Source: Balanoglossus misakiensis
Lineage: Eukaryota; Animalia; Hemichordata
Reading direction: 5' to 3'
DNA: 64,000 nucleotides
NCBI GenBank assembly: GCA_040954595.2
Contig: CM082582.2
Coordinates: forward strand, 9,229,483 to 9,293,482
Positions 1 through 9,744 of the stretch are shown piece by piece. Under the pieces are notes generated by a model. The model had not been told where the DNA came from. It was given only the letters and a program-made list of their open reading frames with translations, and did no database searches. The first letter of the stretch is position 1. Each line of letters begins with the position of its first letter. Made by a program: the position numbers and the translations under genes.

Positions 1-1325
1 ATGGCAACTGTTCACGATCAGATTTTTTGTAGAATTTCCCAAAATAAAAAGCCAAAAGGGAATAAGTGACTTTTAACGCTCAGTTCCCGTCTGTTTCGTA
101 CAGAAATCAGGCATTTCACCATATGAACCCTATTATCATCAATCAATTTTTTTCCATTCACTCTTATTAACAATAACATGCCTATGTGACTCGAATGATA
201 ACAATCATGTACTATACCTCCAGCATCGCGGCGAGGTTATACGAGGTTTTTTTCCTGGCCTAAGAGAAACTGCTGATCGACCAAACTGATTCAAAAACTT
301 AGATCCTGTTGATAATAAACGCAAGAAAAGCAGGGCCCATCTTCTTTGAAGCTTTAGATTCCAAGCGAGATGCGAATAAAAACACTTTTCACACTGCTAA
401 AGGCACCTATGATCTGTTGAACAGCTTCTAATCTCGATGTGGGAGATTAAATGCAAATTAAGCAGTGTCAGCAATTTATCGAGGAGGCCTTCTAAGGCTC
501 TGGGTCGTATAAGAAAGATCATTACCAACTAGCAACATTCACCATTCAGATTGTAAAATCCCAACGAGCCAAAATGCAAACATAATGTCTTTCTTTCAGA
601 GTGATTTGCACTGCCAGCTGTGAATTGCCCCTCCGCCGGAAAAATTCTTGACGTTTTCCGACTGAGTATGATTGAAGCTGATATCGAATTTCAAAAAGCT
701 AGGTTCGATGGCCGCACAGATTTTGCAATGGGCGAACAGCGAGATAACAGTATTGGATTCACATGTTGCCATGGCAACTGGGAGTGATGAAAAAGATGAT
801 CTGACCCAGCCGGTGTGCGCAGCATTTGTATTTTCTGTTAATTTATAACAAAACAGTCAAGTTCGCAAATAGGTAAATACGTGATTGTGTGATGAGATGG
901 AGGTACCTATGGTATTGAAATATTAACTGCTGATTAATATATAATCCCTGCCATTGTAATTATCACACGAATATTTTACTGATTTTTTTTATTTCATTGT
1001 CAATCATTATTCGGGATCAATTTCTGTGAAATGTAGTCAATTAATTAATATCTTTTTTATTTCCTCAAAGCTGTTCATGACATGTGGATTTATTTAACAT
1101 GTGTGGCTTGTGTGTGGGTATAATAAGCGTTTATCCGAATATGACATTCTGTGAGAGACACTGCAAGTTAATTATGGATGCGTCTAAAAATATGATCTCG
1201 CCTATTCAGACATCGATTTAAACATGGCGGGGTTCAATGGACTTTTCTTCTTTGCTGTGTATATATGTGTTAAAATCAGAATTCCTTTTGAAATTTCCTG
1301 TTTTCACCAAGTATTACTCATGAGA

Positions 1326-1488
1326 AAACAGCCAACCAGTGACAGCTCGTAAACAGCCAGTCCGTGTGGGCTCCTAATTAAGCAGCCAATCGGATTGTAC
1401 ACAGCCAATCAATAACAGCTTGTGAACAGCCAATCAGCAACGGTTTTAGAACTGCCAATCAGCAACGACTTTAGAACAGCCAATCAGG
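1326..1488 (+). repeat. Degenerate minisatellite or cluster of about 7 ACAGCCAATC(A) motifs (CCAAT/NF-Y-like) in the VAT1L-like intron
   Basis: Repeats acagccaacc, acagccagtc, gcagccaatc, acagccaatc, acagccaatc, actgccaatc and acagccaatc at roughly 19-29 bp spacing; the last units share 'gccaatcagcaacg..tttagaac'. Confidence 0.7.
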
Positions 1489-2350
1489 CTCACAGAGAGA
1501 GAAGATAGATAATGCACACAAGCAAAGACAATATCCATCTTTTTGTAATTGATTACATTTTTCCTACGCAAAAATAGTACTAGAATATTACAAAAAAATT
1601 ATGGCAGACGTAGCCAACACTGAGAATTTTTCCCCAACTTGTTGATTAAGCTAGGCACCCTCTCCAGGGGCTACGGATTTTGCTTGTCATACTGTCACGT
1701 GACCTATTACGCCAATACGGGTCGTAAGATGTTGGCTTCCAAAAGCTGGAAGATCTGTATTCAAAAGAAAGCAACCTGAACTCTTATTTTTGAGCTGTAT
1801 ACATGTACATTTGTGTTCCAACGAGATTGAGTGATATACGTTTATTTTCATTAAAATGTATGCAAGTGACCTCACTAGAGACCTTGATGTATCAAGGTCA
1901 CGAAATCATTTGCCAATAATCAACAAAATCAGCGAATAATCAAATCCTTCGACTCATTCATTTGTTAATAACAAAACAATTCAATTATTCTTCATTCGGC
2001 ACGTCTGCACTATATTGGTAAATCAATAGCTGCGCGGTAGATTTCATCATTTGACTAAATATGCCCATCAATTAATACAAAAGCATTGCAATGTCAACGA
2101 ATCTTTTCTGAATTTGATTTCCTTATCGTACGAAATTATGGAGGTCAAATTTTCCTGAATCCCGGCGCTTAATACGTTGTCCTTGTTTTCCTTTTACAGA
2201 ATCTGGGTTGACGACTTAATTTCAGCGTACGCATCGAAATCATTGGATGCGTGTGGCCCACCATCACATTAGGTAGGCCTGCATCTAAATTAGATTTTTT
2301 CCGACTTTTTTTTTAAATTTATGAAAAATGAAAATATAATTGTCACTTAC

Positions 2351-2535
2351 CATGCCTTCACGCGGATCAACAGTTCACCTTCTTGCGGAGGAGAGGGTTC
2401 GGGTCGCTTCATCACTCGCATCTTGTTCAAGCCCCCGACGCTAGTTAGCACCACCGATCGCATCTCCTTCGTGTCCGGGAGGTGATTTTCCTCCGTCTTC
2501 TCGACCGGCTCGGGGCTTTCGGCTTCCGTGGACAT
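2351..2535 (-). CDS. VAT1L: First coding exon of a synaptic vesicle membrane protein VAT-1 homolog(-like), MDR/quinone oxidoreductase superfamily; the rest of the gene lies left of the window
   Basis: ATG at 2535 gives MSTEAESPEPVEKTEENHLPDTKEMRSVVLTSVGGLNKMRVMKRPEPSPPQEGELLIRVKA. This matches the VAT-1 N-terminus (EMRxVVLxxxGGLNKxxV...GExxIRVKAC). The exon ends in phase 2 (TG|GTAAGT, donor at 2350-2345), as expected for the Cys of 'ACGLNF'. VAT1 versus VAT1L cannot be settled from one exon. Confidence 0.8.
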
Positions 2536-3556
2536 TTTTCGCGTTAAACGGTACAGAAAAAAATTGAATTTGCAACGGGGAATATAAGCTGTGCCGTCAA
2601 CTGCAAAGCTGTGATTATAGCCACCCGCGACGACAGCCTCCGTTCTGAAGCGACTGTGCACACTCCGTACGGTGGAGCCTGACGATGGAGAATGAATCGC
2701 CGATGCGGCAGAGCAAAACAGAGACGCAAAATTTAAGTCAATGCGCATTGATTTGACCGGCGTTTGAACTGTGAAGATTGTACAAATAAAATAGCTCCGA
2801 AAACGTCGGAAATCTTCAGCAATTAAAATGCATCAGGTGTCGAGAAACATGTATTTTATAATGTAAAATTTTATTTGCGCTTTCTTTCGTAGCAAGATTG
2901 CAAATTATTTCAGTGTTGTAAAAAACAGAATAAATCGGAGCTTTCAGTGGTCAAAGGTCAAGATGCGTTTATCGGTAGCTGAGTATCGACCGATCTCTTC
3001 TTCTGTGCAAGGATGCTTTCAAGCATGCTGTGATTACCGCAGAGGTATTATCCGATATCTTCCCACTAAATTATGACGTCTGTACGCATCCAAAAGTACA
3101 TCTCCTACACGTCATCGACTGAGATTTGTAGACCGCATCCTATGCTTCGATTTGCATGACAAGATATTGCTGCAGTTCAGTTGATCGAGATTTTTTCCTT
3201 GGTCTGGTTTTGCCGTCTTACACAAACCAAGGAAAAACCTCCAACTACTAAACTGCAGCTATAATAGACAAGTCCTAGAAAGGGATATGAAAACATTTAA
3301 AACTATAAATGCATGATAGTTATCCGTGTCCCCTAACAATGCATACGTTTTAGTTGTCATGGAAACACACAGTAGTTGTAGATAAGTGAAGTAACTGAGG
3401 TCATTCTTCCATCCTATTATCATTTTCCGTGGGAATACTTTCTGGATTTTTTTTTCTCTCCAGATAACTAACCAGAGCTACTTTACTGTCTACCACTGAC
3501 AGGTCATTGACTCAGAACAGGACGAAGACAGTGAATGCGGCGAATTAAAATGAAGT
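2536..3556. promoter_or_regulatory. Probable shared bidirectional promoter and 5'UTR region of the VAT1L-like and POMGNT2-like genes
   Basis: The start codons diverge about 1 kb apart. A strong acceptor (tttttttttctctcccag, ending at 3463) precedes the POMGNT2 ATG, implying a 5'UTR intron and a TSS closer to the VAT1L-like start. Confidence 0.5.
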
Positions 3557-5407
3557 ATGCACCGCATAGTGTTCTTGTTGTTCGGCGTATTTCTCGGTGC
3601 CATTTTACCCTGGTTCGCTGACAGACGGAAAGAGGAAAAGGATTCGCCGGTGCTGTTGAGTAGCCATGGCAACCGGCATCTCGACGAATCCGACACGAGC
3701 AAGAGCGATCCTTCCGCGTTGCTACGCGCAATACCCGATCCGGATGTTGGCAGAGATGGAAGTTCGGTGTGGTGTACGGGAAGCGAGCATACCGAGAGGA
3801 TGTGCAAGTTTCGCAACTTGTGCTACGCCCCGGGCCACGACAGCTTCGTCTTTTTCCACGGGAGAGACACGGTCTTGCAAGGGGTCCCCGAGAACCGCTT
3901 CGACCCCGCCCTCCTCGACATGACCTCCGTCTCCGACCACAACACGCAGTACTTCGACTTCGTCGACCTGAGGAGCAGCGACGTGTCCAACTTCGCCGTG
4001 ACGTTTCACCATGGCAACAGTGTCGTGTTCAACCGTTTCAACCCGGACAACTTGATGCACGTGCTGCACGACGACCTCTTGCCGCTTTTCGTCACGCTGA
4101 TGCAGGTGACGCAATCAGGTGCCGATCCGTTTGATCTGGACACCAGGTTGGTTTTGATGGAAGGCTGGCCACCGGGGGAAAACTTTGAGCTGTATCAGCT
4201 CTTTTCGCACCAACCAGTACTTCTTAAGTCCGACTTTACGAAGAATCCAGCAGATTCCCTCATCTGCTTCCAAAGCGCCTTTGTTGGACTCTCCAAATCT
4301 TCCGTGTGGTACCAGTACGGGTTCAACGAGCCACAGGGACCCGTCAAAGATACCAAAGTCACATCGACCCAAATCAGACAGTTCACGCGATTCGTCAGGA
4401 GGAGGATGGATATCAACGTGGACGACAGTTCGTCCGATCCGTTTATTGTTATCTTGTCCAGGAAAATAAACAGGCTGATCTTGAATGAATCAGAAGTCAT
4501 GTTTTCTCTGATCCAGGAGTTCGGCTTGAGAGTCATCACCGTCAGTTACGAGACGCATTCCTTGAAGGAACAGATCAGAATCGCCAGCAAAGCCTCTGTT
4601 CTCATAGGCGTCCACGGCTCCTTGCTGACACTCTCCATGTTCCTACCGCAGTGGGCAGCCATCGTCGAAATCTTCCCGTACGCCGTCAACCCAGAAAACT
4701 ACACGCCGTACAAGACCCTCGCCTCTCTCCCGGGAATGAATCTCGTGTACAGGGCGTGGAGGAACGCGAGATCGGAGAACACAGTGACCCACCCGGACTA
4801 CCCTCCCCACCTGGGGGGAATAGGCCACCTCCCCGACCCCTTGCAGAGGGAGATCTTGCAAAGCAGTGAAGTGCCCGTGCACCTGTGTTGTAAAGACCCG
4901 CAGTGGCTGTTCAGAATCTACCAAGACACCATCATTGACGTACCATCATTTATTCACACTGTACAAGAAGCCCTTTCGGAAAGCAGGACTCGAAAATCTC
5001 AGGAAAGTAAAGAAAATTACCACTGGTCCCTTTACGCAACCAAAGTCAGAAATCTAACCTGTCAGGTATTCAGTCTAAATAATCAGGATTATTCAGATGA
5101 ACCCGAAACTAAATCAACCAATCAGGAGTCTGGTTTCAAAGGTGATGACTCCCCATCTGCCAATCAACAGGTTGGTTTGAAAGTTTCGTTTGAACCACCG
5201 TGGAATTTGCCTTATTTGGGAGCCGAGGAAGTCAGATACGAGGTTTGGATTCAGGAGTCTGGTCAAGAGAAATATACCGCTTGGCTCCTCCCGCATACAG
5301 AGCACGTTTTCACAGAGAACATAAAACAGGGTATTCATTATTTCATTTGGGTAAGATGCATTACCAGTGGACATTTGAAGGGACCCTTTTCGATTGCCAC
5401 AACATAA
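3557..5407 (+). CDS. POMGNT2: Protein O-linked-mannose beta-1,4-N-acetylglucosaminyltransferase 2 (GT61 family), 616 aa, single coding exon
   Basis: N-terminal signal-anchor; motifs RMCKFRNLCY, FDPALLDMTSVSDHNTQYFDFVDL, NRFNPDNLMHVLHDDLLPLF, WYQYGFNEPQGP, RLILNE, GVHGS, EIFPYAVNPENYTPYKTLA, HLCCKDPQWLFRIYQDT; C-terminal FN3-like segment (PPWNL..EVRYEVWIQE..YFIWVRC). AATAAA at 5439. Confidence 0.93.
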   Translation: MHRIVFLLFGVFLGAILPWFADRRKEEKDSPVLLSSHGNRHLDESDTSKSDPSALLRAIPDPDVGRDGSSVWCTGSEHTERMCKFRNLCYAPGHDSFVFFHGRDTVLQGVPENRFDPALLDMTSVSDHNTQYFDFVDLRSSDVSNFAVTFHHGNSVVFNRFNPDNLMHVLHDDLLPLFVTLMQVTQSGADPFDLDTRLVLMEGWPPGENFELYQLFSHQPVLLKSDFTKNPADSLICFQSAFVGLSKSSVWYQYGFNEPQGPVKDTKVTSTQIRQFTRFVRRRMDINVDDSSSDPFIVILSRKINRLILNESEVMFSLIQEFGLRVITVSYETHSLKEQIRIASKASVLIGVHGSLLTLSMFLPQWAAIVEIFPYAVNPENYTPYKTLASLPGMNLVYRAWRNARSENTVTHPDYPPHLGGIGHLPDPLQREILQSSEVPVHLCCKDPQWLFRIYQDTIIDVPSFIHTVQEALSESRTRKSQESKENYHWSLYATKVRNLTCQVFSLNNQDYSDEPETKSTNQESGFKGDDSPSANQQVGLKVSFEPPWNLPYLGAEEVRYEVWIQESGQEKYTAWLLPHTEHVFTENIKQGIHYFIWVRCITSGHLKGPFSIATT

Positions 5408-6544
5408 CTTTCCAGTCATACTATCTCATTACATGTACAAATAAAATTTGAAAAAAAAAATACAAATTCTTGAATTCCGAAATCAAATGACTGGATACAA
5501 GGAAAACTACCGAAAGAAAAGTATTCCTCACACATTGGTATTTGTGTATTCGAAATCATGTACCCTCAACTACGGCTTTCCAATTACCGATCCCTTGACC
5601 TCGGGCATTGACCGCTGCTTCGCGTTTCCATGGAAATAACGAGATGAGATTCAAGAGCGTTGAGTGATATCCTGTAGGTGAGCTACAGTTGGGTTATTGT
5701 GTGTGGATGTGTAATTACACGTACTAGAATTTCTACCCAAGAAATCAAACGGTTCTCCCCTTATCCAAAGATGCTCCAATCTGTTGATTCTGGTCGTGTC
5801 TCGCCGTGGTACATACATACATCAAAATTTGAAGGGATAAGCCCAGTAGACGAGAGGCAGGGATGACCTTGGCCCGTAGACAACGAGAAATGTCTGATGA
5901 GGGATGATGGCCCAGGGTTGTCGAGTGGCTTCGCTATATGCACACCGCCCAGCCCTTTAGGGCGTGCAATTACCAGGGGGATTTAGAACCGTTCCAAGGA
6001 GACGCCTAGATATCCGATATCGGGAACTCCAATCCGAGTCTCGCATGTTGTTGCTCCTTAGATTATACGTCAAGAAAACCGTGAAAAGGCCGCTGTCCAT
6101 TAGACGGAGGACAGAGAGATATTGCGCTCAGAATAAGTGGGGATTCATTTTCACAGATATCAGAAGGCAAAATCGTCACAACAATTGACTGATGGTCGCA
6201 GATTTTCTGTCGGGTCTCATAAACCATAACAAAAATGAATTGTATTGAAATTGAATGCAGAGAACACATTTTAAAGTGCGGACTGATAAGGCTTGCACAT
6301 GGGAACCCATCCAGTGCGCACACATGTGACGCATATATATGTGCGCCCTCTGACGATAGAAAAAGCGTCCCGTGTGTTCGACTTTGGAAATGATTCTAAT
6401 TTTCCACTTTCCGAATGGAAACAACGGGTTCTGCGCCGCTTACAAATTTATGATGGCCCTGCAATATCGATGAACTGACAGATTTTCTCGTGTTTTTTTT
6501 TTAACCTGCGGTTTCTTTCGAGGGCGTGACTTCAGGTTTGAACG

Positions 6545-8254
6545 ATGGCGGACCATCAAATTATGTACCATCGTGTTATCGCCTGTCTTCGCAAAGAACT
6601 TCAGGAACTCGCCACAGAAAACACGTTGCTGCAAGCAAAACTGAAGTTCACGGAAACGAATGGGGACTTGAAGCAGGCCGCTTTGATCACCATGGTGATG
6701 TCGTGGTTTTACAAAAGGGGTCTGTTAACAGACGACACTGTTGACGATTTAGTTGGAAGCCTTCGCCTTGAATCATTGGAAGATCTTTCAGAATTTGTTA
6801 AATCGAAAAGCGTTGAGTATCAAGACGATGCGACGTCGCCTGGGATGGTGCCACAGGCAAGTAATTCGACAAGGAGTCAACGTTCTACCGAAGTTTCAGA
6901 GCAAACACGGCTTGACAGACGACGAGCACAGTCCCCTACTACACGGCGTAACATGGAAATGTTGCAGAGGGACCAGTTCGGCCAGAAATGGCGCTCGCTA
7001 TACCACAGCTTGGTCACGGGAGAAAAAGAACTGGACAAAACCCACGAATCTCTGGGCAGGAGACTTGAAAAAGTCGAGGAACGGGTGGACGTACATGTTT
7101 CAGAATCGACCAGGCGGCGCGCGGTGTGGAAAACTGAGTTCAAACCAGGATCCCGAGACTGGGGAACTCTCTTCCAGCTCGGGAGCGTAGTGACATCGAC
7201 TCCGTTGAGGAAAGCCCCAAAGCAAGATGAAAAGTTGTCTGAAAGGGTGAACGATAAAGTGCCATTTCTTGGTGAAAGTATAGACGCCGGAAAAAGTGAT
7301 ATCGGACGGCGTGAAAGAACAACTCCCCGACAAGCCAGATTGCATGATGGACATGGTAATATTTCTGCACAACAAACTACTACCTCTGAAGAGGTTAAAA
7401 GTGGTCAAAAATTTTGGTCTGGAGAAGGGAACGATCGTCAGATTCTGGACGAGGGCAAACCTGGTCTCCGAGATGATGGTGGCGGTCAGGGCAAAATGCA
7501 ACGTGTGTTTGATATGAAAGAAAATGACGCCCATGTGTTGTCTGCCGGGCACGAACCTTACATCGAAGAACTGCCGCTTGACCTGAGCGGTGAAGGGGGA
7601 ACTACTTGGAGGGACAGCGGGTTTGTTGAAATGTCAAGTCTGCGTCGCGCTCACAATTGCACTGAAAGACAAAATAACCCGAATACTGCATGTACGACGT
7701 GTAGCTGGACCATTCCTTTCAAAGACGCAAAGAATCCACCGTCTGCGCAGTGCATCCCCAGTGAGATTCCTACAAGCGCCTCCCTTCCTCCGACCAAGGA
7801 ATTAGACTTGTCGCCCCCTGCCAGCCACCCCGACAACGCCCTCGTCGGGGAAGCTGCCTACCAGCTTGAAAGGCGAATCCTGAAGTACGTCTTCCAAGGG
7901 GAGTACACGCTGATAGGTTACAAGCTGAGCAACATGGATGTCATGATTCGCTGTTACCATGGTGAGAGGCAGCAGCGTCGCTACGAGGAATTGATGTCGA
8001 AACTGCACGGTTATGGCTGGAGTCAAAGCAGGCACCCAGAGGTGGTCTCGCGACTGATCACAAACTACGGAACCTTCTTGAACGCAAAAGAGGCAAGAGA
8101 GGTGTCCGAGAAAGCAGAATTAAACAAACCTGGCGTTCTTAAGGAGAGAGTTCTCCGTCTGATTCCCACGTCACAGCTACGAGACGTTTTAGTCATCCTT
8201 GACTGTTTACTTATGCTAGCTAGAGAAGACAAGTTACCAACTTTTGTGTTATGA
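6545..8254 (+). CDS. Speriolin-like (SPATC1/SPATC1L family) centrosomal/sperm protein, 569 aa, single coding exon
   Basis: N-terminal coiled coil (LRKELQELATENTLLQAKLK) and a long low-complexity middle. The C-terminus matches the speriolin C-domain: LVGEAAYQLERRILKYVF...RRYEELMSKL..YGW...HP..VSRLITNYG...LRDVLVILDCLLMLAREDKLPTF. Acceptor ttcag at 6535; AATAAA at 8418. Confidence 0.8.
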   Translation: MADHQIMYHRVIACLRKELQELATENTLLQAKLKFTETNGDLKQAALITMVMSWFYKRGLLTDDTVDDLVGSLRLESLEDLSEFVKSKSVEYQDDATSPGMVPQASNSTRSQRSTEVSEQTRLDRRRAQSPTTRRNMEMLQRDQFGQKWRSLYHSLVTGEKELDKTHESLGRRLEKVEERVDVHVSESTRRRAVWKTEFKPGSRDWGTLFQLGSVVTSTPLRKAPKQDEKLSERVNDKVPFLGESIDAGKSDIGRRERTTPRQARLHDGHGNISAQQTTTSEEVKSGQKFWSGEGNDRQILDEGKPGLRDDGGGQGKMQRVFDMKENDAHVLSAGHEPYIEELPLDLSGEGGTTWRDSGFVEMSSLRRAHNCTERQNNPNTACTTCSWTIPFKDAKNPPSAQCIPSEIPTSASLPPTKELDLSPPASHPDNALVGEAAYQLERRILKYVFQGEYTLIGYKLSNMDVMIRCYHGERQQRRYEELMSKLHGYGWSQSRHPEVVSRLITNYGTFLNAKEAREVSEKAELNKPGVLKERVLRLIPTSQLRDVLVILDCLLMLAREDKLPTFVL

Positions 8255-8652
8255 TCGGTGATATGCTGTCATCGGTGCCCGGATGTTGTGGTTCTCCTAA
8301 ATTTATCAGAACTGGAAACTGCTGTCATTAGAACCAATTTCTGACCACTTGTTAATTTTCTGTACACAGTAAACGTTTAATGAACGTAAACTTCATTATA
8401 TACACGTGGTAAAATACAATAAAAAATAGTTTTATTTCATTTTGGTGTCCATATTGTGCCAAGGCTACACACGCTTTGTTCAACTTTACTTCAATGGAAA
8501 GTATCAAGTTCGAAATTTGCCCGTTTATGGTTCTCTAAATTCATACATTTTACTCCGACGGCAACATTTACCCGAAAATCATGGGAGAAAAATATAAATG
8601 AAATCTTGTTTCTGTTAGTGTAAAAGTTTTAGATAAACAAGTGTCAGTGTGT

Positions 8653-9744
8653 TCAAATCAGTAATTTCTTGTCGTCGCTTGCGTTTGAGAAGGGTTGAGT
8701 TATACTTCTGTAGATGACGAGCCCGATGCGGATGATGAACAAAACACCGACGAGGACGGTCATGACCAGCGTAAGGATTTGTGACGTCAGGTTGGGGTCG
8801 TAGTTGCCGGCCAAGACACCGGCGAGAGCCCAGATGAGCGTCGGGTAGATGGTGAGGGTGTAACGCACGTACACCTCGAAGACAAAGTTCTCCAGGATGA
8901 ACCAGACGACGATGATGACGGTGAGGATCGAGAGGCAGAGGACGCAGGCGGTTTCCATGTCCACGCCGGCGAAGTAGACCAGCGCCGAGCAGAGGTTCAG
9001 GTGGGTCGCCACGGTGACCCAGGAGGCGTAGACGGCCAGCCCGTTGTGGACCAGCACGCGCACGGCGTTGATGTCGTCCTGTTGGTCGTACTGCCTCAGC
9101 AGGGCCAAGTTGTTGTAGAGCTCCTTGTGCGACGTGGTGAGGCAGATGTACAGGCTGGCGGCCATCAGTAAGCACATCAGCGTGGACCAGGTGAGCAGCT
9201 CGCGGTCCCAGAGGAGCAGCCAGGAGACGTTGGTGATCATGACACCGATGAAGGCCGAGTAGAAGGTGGCGGTCAGCACCTGAGGGTACATGTACACTGG
9301 GCCCTTAATGTTCGTCCGACACAGCGTCGTCTGACAGTAGACCATCGTCGCCAGCAGCCATGTGTAGATGAGACCCCAGATGCTGAACGTGTAACCATCC
9401 GGTGTGATGTTCACGTAGTACTTTTCAGACACGGCAGCCGTGGGTTGATTAAATATTCCTGTTGAAAACGAAATGAAAATTAGAGCAAAAGAACTCCGGT
9501 AAAAATAGTCCGATTAGTTTACTTGTCCGGGGGAACTTTTTTCTCTCACATTCACATTGTATTGTCATATTTTAGAGTGACGATTCAAGTCAGATTGATA
9601 GCCAATGAATTAACTAACTATAATTTTTAGACATAAATAAATACCTTGACCAACAACTGCTTGGTAGTTGAGGAAGACAACTGCTAAATACACAATAAGC
9701 GAGGCGATGATCATCCCCATAAGAGACAGTTTTGAGTCGGCCAT
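8653..9744 (-). CDS. Multi-pass membrane protein, TPAxWTFxIW family (TspO/MBR-like; resembles the uncharacterised si:ch211-161h7.5-related family), paralog 1, about 301 aa; exons 9744-9645 and 9458-8653
   Basis: Exon 1 is MADSKLSLMGMIIASLIVYLAVVFLNYQAVVGQ, followed by a phase-1 donor (G|GTATTT). The acceptor ttttcaacAG gives GIFNQPTAAVSEKYYVNITPDGYTFSIWGLIY. Shared motifs NVSWLLLWDR, LVHNGLAVYASW and RYTLTIYPT; about 8 hydrophobic segments. Confidence 0.85.

Noticed and set aside
2536-2748. N-terminal extension of the 133-aa ORF 2347-2748
   Set aside because: VAT-1 similarity starts only after the ATG at 2535 (AAAATGT context); the upstream part looks like UTR or promoter.
5439-5460. POMGNT2 as a retrocopy (intronless, AATAAA followed by A10)
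   Set aside because: A single coding exon is normal for POMGNT2, a 5'UTR acceptor is present, and no TSD is visible.
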